Shown here: piece after piece, positions 51,332 through 64,000 of the stretch
How positions within the stretch are numbered: position 1 is the first letter of the stretch
Layout: each line of letters opens with the position of its first letter
Source: Octopus vulgaris
Taxonomy: Eukaryota
Direction of reading: 5' to 3'
Length of the DNA stretch: 64,000 nucleotides
NCBI GenBank assembly: GCA_951406725.2
Contig: OX597823.1
Span: forward strand, 6,138,001 to 6,202,000
Notes under the pieces: generated by a model
What the model was told of the DNA's origin: nothing
Databases searched by the model: none
The model's input: the letters and a program-made list of their open reading frames with translations, nothing else
Position numbers and translations under genes: made by a program

Positions 51332-51749
51332 CAATTGAAACATGTCAGCCGATGTTGACAGAGAGGTAAACACTTACGTAAGCGTTCATACTATTTATGG
51401 TGGTTCAAGAAGCTGCTCGACTTTACCATTTATCCCTTTCGGGGATCAATAAAATAAGCACCAGTTGAGCACTGCGGTCGATGTAATCGACTTAGCCTTC
51501 TCCAAGAAGCTGGTTATGCTTCACAGGAAATATATTTAGGCTGTGGTTTTAAACTGTGAAAGCGCGTGGCCTAGTGTCTAGGATGTTGTACTCCCCGATT
51601 GCGAAATCGTGATTTCGATTCCAGACCCAAGTGTCGTGTTCCTGGGCGGAATTTGAACTCATAAAGACGGACGAAATGCCGCTGAGCATTTTGTTCGTAT
51701 GCTAACAATCCTACCAGATCGCATGTGTATAATTGAATTATTACATATA

Positions 51750-51939
51750 TGTGTGGGTGCTGAAGAGTTTCTGGCTTTGGGTAAAAGAAAATCGATGAGG
51801 ATCGGTTAATTATGATTTTATTCAATGTATTGCAGCGGACCCTCAGTTTTTCTAAGCCCTGTAAAGGAACTCAGAAGGTTGGGCTTCCAACAGGGCCTTT
51901 CGCGATACCCTTAAAGCCAGAAACTTTCCAGTAACCCCG
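51750..51939. mobile_element. Tc1/mariner-type MITE
   Basis: TIRs GGGTGCTGAAGAGTTTCTGGCTTT / AAAGCCAGAAACTTTCCAGTAACCC, TA-flanked; homologue at 62927-63144. Confidence 0.8.
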
Positions 51940-52522
51940 TATAATACAAAAACATCCTGCAGGCTGTGATAGTCAATAAAACAGAAATAAACTTTTAAAT
52001 CCATTCTTTCTGTGCGACTCGATGCTAAAGGATCAACGGCCTGGTACTAGTTTGCGGCCCGGTGGTCCAGGACCCTTAAAGTAAAGGATTTGAAAGTACT
52101 TAGCGATATCTCCTTTACATTCTGTGTTCAAACTTACCGGAGTTACCGCCACTTTTCACTCGTACAGAGTCGATAAAATAATTACCAATAAAGTTCTGAA
52201 GCAATTTAATCAACTATGCCCTCCGCTCCACAAAGATTTGTGACCCTGGGCAAGGTTAAAACTCATTTATTTCTACTTACTTGGTCGATAGAGATAGTGA
52301 CCTTTTCATGATCAGACGTACCGTTTTTAACATTGAGTGATCAACCCCACCACTTTAGCTTCAAGCGGAAAACGAGTGACGAGGGAATTGTATGACATTC
52401 GTATATTTCCTAAAGGTTCTAGGGAGCTAAGTGGGGTCTACTTCCGGCTCACAGAGTGGGGGAACATTGTTATGCCATACCATATGTGATTGTATATAGA
52501 CAGATAGATACACATACACACA

Positions 52523-52573
<51 letters not shown>

Positions 52574-52958
52574 TGAGGCGAGCTGACAGAATCGCTAGCA
52601 CACCGGTCAAAATGCTTAGCGGCATTTCGTCCGTCCATACATTCTTACCAGTCAAGCACTGGGGTTCGATGTAAATTGATTTACCTCGACCCCGGAATTG
52701 CAGGCCTTGTGATAACACATTTAAAACCATTATTGCCAGGTGATTAACATAGTGAATAAAAGCTGAAAATATTTCTGGAGATTAAGGCAATTAAAAAAGA
52801 TTCATCTATCGTATCATACTACGGCCTCCGTTGTTCCCTGTGCTCATAATTTCCCACAACCCCAGGGGATGCCACAGACCTTGTTGAGAAGTAATGTTGT
52901 AAAGCAGTTCTTATGGCTTCTGAATCCCTATGTGAACATAACCAAGGTAGTCACAACA

Positions 52959-53001
<43 letters not shown>

Positions 53002-53288
53002 AGCTCTTTTTTGTTAGAGTTTTCTTGTATTCGTTTTAACTACTGACTATGAATATGTTTATGTAATTTTATTAAATTACAGCTTTAACTGATTTACATA
53101 ATGCGGCAATAAACGTTCACAACGCTAGACTCTTTATCTGACGTTCGTTTATTTATTGGTGCATATGCACACAATATTTCAGTGTGTGTGTGTGTGCATG
53201 TGTGTGTGTGTGCGTGTAATTTATGTTGAAAGTCAGTCAGCTTTGCTAAACCCTTCAAATCTTTTACATTTGATACACACACACAAAC

Positions 53289-53352
<64 letters not shown>

Positions 53353-53632
53353 CAAATAAGAGAGACAGACATACAAGGCGAGATATATATATAGATAGAT
53401 AGATGAATAGTTTACACACACACACACACACATATATATACACTTATGCACACTCATACTGATACACACTCAACACGCACATGTGCGTGTGTGTGTGAAT
53501 GTATCTGATGTATGCGTATGCACATGTATGTATGTATGTTATCTAGTTTACACCACGCCAATATTTATCTTGCTATCATCTCTGATATTTCATCATCACC
53601 ATCATCATTAATGTGATGACGGTGAAAAGATT

Positions 53633-53664
<32 letters not shown>

Positions 53665-53742
53665 AAGAGAGGGAAGATAAAACGAAATATATGGTCATAA
53701 AATCTCCATGTTGGAAGATGAGGGAACGATAGACAGACAGGC

Positions 53743-53785
<43 letters not shown>

Positions 53786-54416
53786 TAGACAGATAGATAG
53801 ATAGATAGATAGATACATAGATAGATAGATAGATAGAAAGCAACTGGTAATTTAATACCGACAACATCCTCCAGTCACAAAATTCCGATATCAATGGAAA
53901 ATGACTTGATTGCAGAAATATCTTGAAATACCTAGAAAAAAAAAAAGCAGTTACCTTTTTTTATCGCCCTCTCCCACACGCACACGCAGAAGTGCAAAAG
54001 TATTTTAGTTTTAAATTACAAACACATACAATTTTAATTTCACCTAATATTAATTAATAACCCAAAACTAAATTTTATAATCTTAACGATAATACCACGA
54101 AATTGCGTGGATTGTTGGTCAAGAACTGATGAGAGATAAGCATGACAACGTCTTGTGTGTGTGTGTTTTTCCGCATATTCTTTTGCCGTCATTTCTGTGC
54201 AAATTTTTAGTCAAATATATTCATCACATACAAATCGAATTATAATATAACGTAATAGTTATAACAGGAAATCTCTAAGCTAACTGAAGTTTAATTGATA
54301 GGTTGTAGAGTTTATCAGCCGAAGATTTAATGGTGTGTATGGAAACAGCAGGACTTGCGCCGAGTCTCTGGAATCGGACACTTAATTCCTGATGGCAGTA
54401 CTGTCCAACATTGTAA

Positions 54417-54640
54417 GGCGGCGAGCTGGCGGAATCGTTAGCACGCCGGGCGAAATACTTAGCGGCATTTCGTCCGACTTCAGGTCTGAGTTCAAATTCT
54501 GCCGAGCTCGACTTTGCCATTCATCCTTTCAGGTTAAAATAAGTCGATAAAATAAGTACCATTTGCGTACTGGGGTTGATTCGTTCGACTTACCCCCACC
54601 CCGAAATTGTTGGTCTTGTGCCAAAATTTGAAATTTGAAA
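54417..54640 (+). mobile_element. SINE family B
   Basis: Full head GGCGGCGAGCTGGCGGAATCGTTAGCACGCCGGGC; followed by a 32-bp tandem repeat. Confidence 0.92.
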
Positions 54641-55411
54641 TCAGTACTGTCCACTTGTGTCCAAATTTGAAATCAGTACTGTCCATTTGTGTCCAAATTT
54701 GAAATCAGTACTGGTTTACTCGAACACTACTGGATTCATTTTATCGAGCCCTGAGTGTATGAGAAGCTATTCAACAGGACTGGCAACAGAGCCAACTATT
54801 AGACAAGCATTTAGTCTACATCTGATCTGATGTTGACGGAGAAATTGAAAGAGAGAAGAGAGGAAGAAAGAGAGAAATAAGACTGGAAAAAAGAAAACGG
54901 AGGAAAGCAGGAAGGAATGAAGGAAAAGGAAAGAAAGAGAATCGAGTGAGGCGGTGGGGTCAGATAATGATCAACCAGATGGGCTAAACGAGAGTGAGAG
55001 CGGTGAAGGAGAGGGGCAGCAGTAAGATATTAAAGGTTTATAAATAAAGGCCAAAGGCAACACATCCCGAGAATGTATTTCATTGGTAGAGACCGGAAAC
55101 GGAAGTGAAAGAGGAGCGACTTGACTCTCAGAGGCGAGACGTGAAGGTTTGCTGTCTTAACTGATGTGATTAGACGAGTTGTCAAGGTTACGTCACTAAA
55201 ATAATATCACAACAATAACATTCAACAACAAACACAAACACACACACGCTTTCAAATATTGTTCTTCGCAGATATGTGACACACTCTCTCACCCCCTCTC
55301 TCTCTCTCCCCTCTTTCTCTCTCCCTATCTCTTTCTCCCACTCTTTCTCTCTCCCCCCTCTCTCTCTCTATCTATCTATCTCTGTCTCCTCTGTGCGTGT
55401 GTTCGATAGGC

Positions 55412-55452
<41 letters not shown>

Positions 55453-55592
55453 TGTATGTATGCACATGCATATATATGAATGTGTGTGTACGTGTTCGTA
55501 TATTTATATAGATATGTCTATGTATAAATACATGCATATATATAAATACACACACATACATATATATGTACACAAACATATATACTTCTAGT

Positions 55593-55631
<39 letters not shown>

Positions 55632-55979
55632 GGGCACATATTTATCACACACACACACATATATAGGCGCATATTTATCACACACGCGCGCATATATCTA
55701 TCTTATGAAACCGGAAGACTAATTACATTAATCAACTGTTTGTACTGGGGCACCTGATAAAATAAATCAAAATAAACAAATAATCACAAGGAAATGAAAA
55801 CAGGGATTGGGGAGGGTGGGGTGGGTGGGGGTGGAGGGGAGGCTGAACGTGAAAGCGAAACTTTCTTTTGCTTAGAGTCATCTGGGACGACATCTTCATC
55901 CTTGTCAGTTCCTTCGTTCAAGTTCTGACTGAATATTAAACCTGTGTGTAAATATAGAGTCGGTAGCGCCGATACTGGA

Positions 55980-56208
55980 ACACACACACACATACCACAC
56001 ACCACCACACGCACACACATACCACACACACACACACACACACACACATACCACACACACACACACACCACCACACACACATACCACACACACACACACA
56101 CACATACCACACACACACACATACCACACACCACACCACACACACACCACCACCACACACACACACATACCACACCACACATACACACCACACATACACA
56201 CACACACA
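55980..56208. repeat. (CA)n-derived degenerate repeat with ATACC/CAC interruptions
   Basis: Direct inspection. Confidence 0.95.
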
Positions 56209-56333
56209 GAAGGTCGATCGGTTGATAAAAGGGTGTGAGTGTTTTGATACATGTTTTATATGTGGATACGTATACACATATATAAACAACTACATACAGT
56301 CATACACTCATAAGCGTATCGGTGTATTTACAT

Positions 56334-56370
<37 letters not shown>

Positions 56371-57384
56371 CGTGCCTGCGTGTGTGTGTGTACGCATGTA
56401 TAATCCCGCTAAATGTTATCCCTTTTAAGCTTTGACGGATGCCGAAAGGTCAAGTACAACGAAAGACGTACGTAAACATAGACTCGGGGTGGCCTTACGG
56501 AGTTTGTTAGAAGAAACTTTCCGCACCTCTGTAGAGGTGGGGCACTTTTTAATATCTTTTAGTCCTAGAGGAAGCAGCAGCTCCCATGACCTCCGTTCGT
56601 TTTGTCAGAACCGTCGAGATTTAGTAGAAGGAAGGGAGGACGTTAACCTCAAACCGGAGATCCTGTTTGAATCCCTTGAAACAGAATAAACCCTGATAAA
56701 GGCACTCAAACACCTGGTAATGCACTCGGGTGACGGGTTAAGTGACAAATTACCACCCAACAATTTTAAGAATAAATACTGCAAGGCTTTTTGTCTCGAT
56801 GCTCTTGAACAATGCCGTCAATCTATGCCCTGGAGGGATTTTTTTTTCAACCCCGGAAGCATTAAAAATAGTTGACCTCAGCGGGATTTGAACTCAGAGT
56901 GCTGTGAACCGGAACAAAAATTCTGCCAATACACCGCCTATACGTGATCACCCTACAGCCGTTTCGACGCGCCGATGTGTGGCCGTGAAAAGGATTGTTA
57001 AATGTGTCTATAGTAGGAAGGATTATTAAACACTGAAGTTTCCATCCGACTCTTTACGTTCTGAGTTCAAATCCCGCTGAGGTTAACTTTGCTTTTCATT
57101 TTTATAAAGTTGATAAATTAAGTACCAGCCAAGTACTAGGATTAGATGGTATCGACAAAACCCTTTATTTTCAAATTTGCTGGCTTTGTGCCTAAATAAG
57201 AAACCAGTAATAAGAGAACGGTGAGCTGGCACCACCGTTGGCGCGTCGGACAAAATGCTTAGCAGTTTTCCCTCCGTCTTTTTGCATTCTGAACTCAAGT
57301 TCCGTCGGGATCACCTTCGTCCTCCTTCTTTTCGGGGTCGATAAAATAAAGTATCAGTTGAGAAGGGTGTGATAGTGGAGTTGT

Positions 57385-57650
57385 TGACGTTTAAGTCTCC
57401 CGGTTAGCTGTCATTAAACAAATTTATGACCAAAACATTCCAACCATAACCATCCCGCCTTTCTTGGTTTATCTCGGATTGTATTTCCAACGTCATTCAT
57501 TGTTTTGTTTTGTTTTTGTTTATTTTGTAAATGGGAAGTTTACGGCCGGATTGTCGTCGATCGAATGTCTGCATGCTTCAGGTTTGGCTTAAGGGAGTTT
57601 GAGCTGTTATTTCTAGCTGACGTAATGACCATATAGAAGGTCTCTCGTAA
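57385..57650 (-). mobile_element. Interspersed repeat family E (representative copy)
   Basis: Motifs CATTCCA.CCAT.ACCATCCC and GCTG(C/T)TATTTCTAG recur at ~9690, 18930, 31390-31960, 37120-37270, 37620, 38830, 41720, 59400, 61690. Confidence 0.7.
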
Positions 57651-57869
57651 GGGTTTTGTTAGAATGTAATGCTGAAGTCTTCTGTGGGTGTCGTGAGAAG
57701 TCGATATTGGAGTGCGATGGTGAATGAACCAACCAGCCATTTTACCTTTCCAATTTCGTCCGCTGGGACAAAGAGACGGACTGACAAGCCTTTTGAGGTA
57801 TTTCTTTGTTGTAAGGAAGAGGAAGGATTCGATGGTTTAGGCAGGGCCTTTCATCAGTGTAAGTTTGTG

Positions 57870-57923
<54 letters not shown>

Positions 57924-59689
57924 TGTGTAAAAATAGAATTTTTGAATATCCAAATAATCAAATTTATGTTAATTATTTCGATATTCAAAAATTCTATTTT
58001 TACACACACGCACAAATTTACAGTGGTCAGTGGAGAATTGTGAACTGACCAACCAGTTTCTTACCCACCAAGCCAAACAAGTCAGTTCATAGAAACCCCA
58101 CAACCACCTCCACCACCAGTTTCAGAGCACTGACGTAACGTGGGTTTCCAGTGCTTGGGACGAAGCAAAATAGTTCCTGTGCGAGAGGTAGGGCACAATC
58201 GATTGATCTGCCCCAATCGCCTTCACTCGGGGTTTCTAGCCTTGTGCCTTAATGTTATTACTATCTAGCCTTGTGCCTTAATGTTATTACTACCTGGTTT
58301 TTGTATTGGATTCTAAGGAAGAGAGAAGTCACTGAAAATGTCGCGAATACGACTGGCAAACAATCAATTGATTAAACAAACGATTGATCAGTTAGTTGGT
58401 TAGATTGACTAACAATAAAGAAGTGATACTTAGCCAGTGTGTGTGTTTATTATTATTGGTGTAATGACCTTCCCAAGACACAAGAATTATAATTATTTTA
58501 TTCATTCACTTTTTTTTTTTTTTGAAATTTTGCTCCCCTAACAATGTTGCTTCAAGGGCAACTGCCACTGTGGCCCTGCCCACGATGCGTCACAGCTCCT
58601 CAGAAGAAATTACAATGAAGTTCCTGAAATCCGTTTATGGTCTCCAAGGTTTTAAAGCCTGACAACAGCCCCTTCCACAGGGGAAAACGGTAGGGAGCAA
58701 CAGCAACAAAAACAACAAGATTAAACAACAACAACAACGCTACAACAACAAAAACAACAACGGCAGTGACGACAGGAACGGCTTCGTACCCGGAAGATAC
58801 AAGAATCGACTTGAAACTATTCCACAAGTCTTAATAAGGATAATACGGGGAGGCTGGCCGCACCTGACACCCACAGACAGGCTGTAAAATAAGTCAGTGA
58901 GTCTCTTGAGGCGGAATGGAGCGGGGTGGGTGTGGGGGAGAGGATGAGGCAGGGAAGGAAGCAGCAGAGAATTGAGAGATGAGAAAACAGCGGTGGTGAT
59001 GCTACTGTTGGTGTTGGCGGTGGGGGGGGGGGGGCTTCCGTGAAGCTGTTGCTGCTGGTAGTAGTGGTGGTGGTGTTAGTGGAGTTGGTTTCTTTTTGTT
59101 GTTGTTGGTGTTGTTGATGGTGGTGGGGGTGTCAGTGGAATTGATGCTGTTGCTGATGGCGGCGTAGTTGTTGCTAGCCATATTGATGAAATGCTGTGGT
59201 GGTGGTGATGATGGTGATGTTGGTACGACCAACCGAGTTGCAGTTGTTGGGTGTTGTGTAGCTGCAGGTGAAAGGCAAGGGGGCGACTTAAACCCCCCCG
59301 CTCCCCGTCATTGGCTTGTAGCTTATTGTTCGAACAACGCTCGATCAAAGACACTCTGGTCATGACTACCCGGTAGACCATGATTCGAGGAGCATTTCTT
59401 TGCTATTTCTAGCAGGCCCATCAATCGCATTAAGGCTCCCGCGTTGATGTTTGCTGTTGATGTCGATGATGATAATGGTGGTGGCGGCGGTGGTGGTGGT
59501 AGTAGTGGTGGTGGTGGTGGTTGCATGGGGTGGGGGTGGGGGGTTAGGAATGGCTTAGTTTTAAGAATATATTAAACAATTGGGATTCAGCCATCATTTT
59601 TCGTGTTCCCCCTCCCCTCTAATGTTTCCGGCAGTTGGCAATACCATAACCGAGTTTTCTTCATCTCCCCACCCCCCGCGCCATTGCTG

Positions 59690-59731
<42 letters not shown>

Positions 59732-60976
59732 ATTCTACTCGTCTAAGCATCTCTATCATCCACCCCCTTTTCACCTCACCTTGCTTCACTCACCTTTCAC
59801 CCCCCTTCCCCACTAACCCCACTCCACTCCGAACCCTCGCTCCACAGCTTCACTCGAAATGTATCCGCCCACAACTCACCTTCAACCCGTTCTGCGCCCT
59901 TCTGCGCGCGCGCGCATACACACACACACACGATTACGGTTGGTTATATTTCATCTCGCATATATATACAAGCGTATACACAGGGCTGACTCACGCACAC
60001 ACAATCGCCATTGTCACACATACAAACACACATTTGCAGGTACACACACGAACACATACACCTGCTGTTTGCAATGTACACTCCACCTCAGTCACTCATT
60101 TTCTTTTTACTACACACACACGCGCGCGTGTGCAGGTTAGTTTCACTCATACACACCACTCACCACTATCGCATACATACACACACACACACACACAAAC
60201 AGGTATACACACATATCTATAGTTTGCTAGATATACTAACTTTTCTTTTTAATTATACACTCACATATCGTCTGTCTTTACGTTCTGAGTTCAAATTCCG
60301 CCAAGGTCGACTTTGCCGTTCATCCTTTCGGGGTCGATAAATTAAGTACCAGTTGCAACTGCCCCACCCCCCTTTTCCAAAATTTCGGGCCTTGTTCTTA
60401 GAGTAAAAAAGATTATACACTCATATACATATAAGCGCAGACTAGACTCCTACCTATACACTCATACCAACCAAACAGGCACATACGCACGCACACACAC
60501 ACACATATGCACACACACACACATATGCACACACACACACATGCACACACACGCACACACACACACACACACACATCTCAGACACCTACTCAAAGTTTTT
60601 ATCTCCGCTCTTCAAGCAACGACTCATTTCTCCTCCAACAGAGGTGAGTTATTACTCCAAGTTTAGTAGTTTCGTCTGAATCACCAGAAAGGTATTCCAT
60701 CATCATGCGTGAATATAGAATAATATCATATAATAGTATTAGATGGCACCATCTGTTGGTTCTTATAAAACCCACCAACCCTCTTACTACATCCCACCAG
60801 CATCACAGGCAGCAGTTGTTTGAATTCTTTTTTATTTGTTTTATCTTCATCTTTTTATTTCATATTTTAGCATCCCGCCTCATTTGCCTCTACCACGACT
60901 GCCTATTTCGTTAACCAGTTTGATAATAATATATAAGGAGTGAAAGGCGGCAAGCTGGCAGAAACGTTAAGCACTC

Positions 60977-61226
60977 ACCTTGTGAGTGGATTTGGTAGAC
61001 GGAAACTGAAAGACGTCCATCGTATATTGTGTGTGTGTGTCCGTCCGCCCTCCATCGCTTGACAACCGATGTTGGTGGGTTTAAATCCCCATAACTTAGC
61101 GGTTCGGCAAAAGAGACCGACAGAATAAGTGCTAGGCTTACAAAGAATAAGTCCCGGGGTTTATTTGTTCGACTAAAGGCGATGCCCCAGCATGGCCGCA
61201 GTCGACTGAAACAAGTGAAAGAGTGA
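60977..61226 (+). mobile_element. 5'-truncated SINE A inserted in a SINE B head (60946-60975)
   Basis: GGCGGCAAGCTGGCAGAAACGTTAAGCAC, then family A body and tail, then ACGCCGGGC resumes family B. Confidence 0.85.
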
Positions 61227-61900
61227 AAGGAAGACGCCGGGCTGAATAAAAATTCGATTCACGCAATCGAAACAGCACCGTCAGGTCGATTCTCATCTCG
61301 CTCCGGTATGAGTTACCTTTCTAAACATAGCATTTCTACGAAGAGATTTTCTCTCAGATGAAAACCACTGCATTGTGCCTGTCAACGGTGTACATGTGTT
61401 AAACATGGTACATATATAGCTATTTCATCCTGTGAGGTTTGGGATTAGAATCAGACCATAACCATTATTGAATTTGATTTAACAACAAAAAAGGAATTTC
61501 TGTAGGATAAGATCCTTCTATTAAACACTCGTCATCTTGATACTTAAAAAAAAATGGGGGACTAACTCCACACGGTCATTCAACCCATTAAAAATAGAAC
61601 CACATTCCCTTCGAGTCACACCATCGTCTCAAAGAAAAAAGAATACAGATAATATATTCCCACACGTTTCTAAAAATAGACGAGATAGTCACGACTGGAA
61701 TGTCTTCATCATTAAGGTCTGTTTGACCGGGGTTGACCTGCGGCTAAACCACAGCAAGAACATCAACAAGCCTGAATGAGTCAATTCCATTCGATTTCCT
61801 CGATGATTTGGAAAACGGAAGTCCCATAGTTTAGTGACCTTCAACGTTCAGAGATTAATCGCGCGCGCACACACTCGCATACGTATAGATAGATAGATAG

Positions 61901-61963
<63 letters not shown>

Positions 61964-61968
61964 CAGAC

Positions 61969-62010
<42 letters not shown>

Positions 62011-62805
62011 ACAGAAATTGGAATAACCAGATGTGTGCTGTCAAGTGTGGCTGTGTGGTAAGAAGCATACTTCCCAACCACATGCTTCTGGGTTCAGTCC
62101 CGCTGCGTGGCACCTTGGGCAAGTGTCTTATACTATACTCAAGGCCTTTGAGTGGATATGATAAACGGAAACTGAAAGAAGACCGTCATATATATATATA
62201 TATATATATATATAATTGTTAGAGGTTTTTGTATGAAGTTAGAATAATATGTGAAGTATGTTTCCAAAGAAATCCAAACTCTGGGTGAGAAAAAAAGACA
62301 AATCCCAAAAGTGTTTCATGTTATTCAGTGAAGGATTATTAAACGGTAATAATGGAAGACTTGAGGTCAGTAAGTAGGGATGAGAAGACCATGAGGAACT
62401 GAAATGAAAGTTTTGTCACGGAATGGACAATGGAGAAAATCTCCAACTATAATAAATATAATAAATATATATATATACACACACATATATATATATTTAT
62501 GAGTGTTTGTCCCCTCCCACCATCGCTTGACAACCGATGTTGGTGTGTTTACGTCCTCGTAACTTAGCGGTTCAGTAGAAGTGACCGATAGAATAAGCAC
62601 CAGTTCAGGGGTCGATTTATTGTTCTATTCTTGTACTTGTTTCAGTCAATTGACTGTAGCCATGCTGGAGCACCGCCTTATTGTCGAAGAAATCGACCCC
62701 TGGAATATTCCCTGGATTATTCTTTCGATCTCTTCTGCCGAACCGCTAAGTTACGGGGATGCAAACACACCAATATCGGTTGTCAAGCGATGGTGGTTGT
62801 GGGGG

Positions 62806-62892
<87 letters not shown>

Positions 62893-62926
62893 TGTATGTA
62901 TGTATGTATGTATGTATGTATATATA

Positions 62927-63144
62927 CGAAGGAGTGCTAAAATTTTCCTGGATTTGGATAAAATAAAATACAGAAGGGTCAGTTAATTGTGATTTCATAC
63001 AAACACATTCCACTTTGAGATTTATACACTTATTGCAGCAGTCCTTCAGTTTTTCTAAGCCCTGTCAAAGAACTTGGAAGTTTGGGCCTCCAACCAGGTC
63101 TGTCACGATGCTTTTAAAACCAGAAACTTTTCAGCACCCTCTCG
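62927..63144. mobile_element. Tc1/mariner-type MITE
   Basis: TA|CGAAGGAGTGCTAAAATTTTCCTGG / CCAGAAACTTTTCAGCACCCTCTCG; internal homology to the 51750 copy. Confidence 0.8.
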
Positions 63145-63177
<33 letters not shown>

Positions 63178-63519
63178 TATTGATAACACCCAAGAGAAGG
63201 TGCTTCTTTTCCACTCACCAGAGTGAATGGAGCTTTGGCCAGGAGCAAATGATGTTATGATCCAACATCAGATGATTTGACCTTGAACTGTAACATCATC
63301 CTTTCGGTGAATCAACTGAAATGGCTAAACCACTGCTCATCATCTCTTCCTGGTTTCTGGCTTCACTCCTCTCTATTGTTCCATAACAATACATATACTG
63401 TACGTATTGCATTATTATTTTCATTGAAGCTTCTTCACTGTTCTCGTTCTGTTAACGTTTTGGCGTTCAGACGAGTAAACTGGTATTGATGCGGCAACAT
63501 TTGAAATCCTGTCTAGGTA

Positions 63520-63592
63520 AATGCAGCTGATGAAGACTAATCAAATTTACGTTGTCAAACGTATTTGAAGAGTCAGAAACCGGTCCTGCATT
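63520..63592 (+). ncRNA. Type-I hammerhead ribozyme, canonical core (PLE pseudo-LTR type)
   Basis: Stem I AAUGCAG/CUGCAUU (7 bp), CUGAUGA 63527-63533, stem II GACU/AGUC with extended hairpin, GAAA 63576-63579, palindromic ACCGGU, GUC with predicted cleavage after 63585. Confidence 0.88.
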
Positions 63593-63779
63593 ATCTGATT
63601 CTAGGTTGTCCATTTATCAGATGTTCTTCCTAGAGGTAAGACAATTTTTTTTCATGTTTGTTGCACACACGCGTCTTTGTTAGTATATACGCAGTGAAGC
63701 TATACAATAGCGTCGTATTTATTACGATTGCTATTTTCCAGTAAATATTGGTGCCTTGTTGTACCATTTATTTACTTTT

Positions 63780-63823
<44 letters not shown>

Positions 63824-64000
63824 TATGTATGTATTTATGTCATTGTTCAGTTTTATTTCAAGATTTCTTGTCAATGGAGAAAGAGCCGGTTTCTAACCTA
63901 GGTTTGAGGCTCTTTCATTGGAATTTCAACATCAACAACAGAGTTTTTTGTCTCTCTCTATGTATGAGTGAGAGAGTAGTGCATGTCATCATGTATGTAT

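Noticed and set aside
56432-56689. 85-aa ORF in unique sequence after a possible acceptor
   Set aside because: No recognisable homology, no ATG start and no convincing donor; needs RNA-seq or BLASTx.
63190-63520. GIY-YIG endonuclease C-terminus upstream of the hammerhead
   Set aside because: Expected by context, but hand translation gave no diagnostic motif.
63872-63925. Minus-strand CCAAUGA...GAAACCGG hammerhead-like string
   Set aside because: Core G5 and U16.1 are absent; better explained as a GAAAGAGCC/GGCTCTTTC hairpin in a repeat.

Overview
Eukaryotic, AT-rich, repeat-saturated DNA with no supportable host protein-coding exon. The SINE set and very dense (TA)n/(CA)n/(TATG)n/(GATA)n tracts resemble an octopus genome (inference from recalled repeat families). 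Almost all listed ORFs are microsatellite or repeat artefacts. Real content: decayed RTE, CR1 and Penelope-like (PLE) retroelement fragments; three tRNA-headed SINE families (my labels A, B, C) plus two further interspersed repeats (D, E); hAT, mariner, piggyBac-like and Merlin-like MITEs; Helitron/Helentron relics; a solo LTR; and a 100-N gap. Most notable: (1) a 13-copy, near-identical 159-bp array forming the truncated 5' end of one TSD-bounded retroinsertion (32578-34913), suggesting a multimeric or circular RNA template; (2) five minimal type-I hammerhead ribozyme-like motifs, one essentially intact (63520-63592) and three sharing a U4C core variant; (3) a SINE/CR1 shared 3' stem-loop with compensatory base changes. 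All calls were made by eye; clade names need database confirmation.
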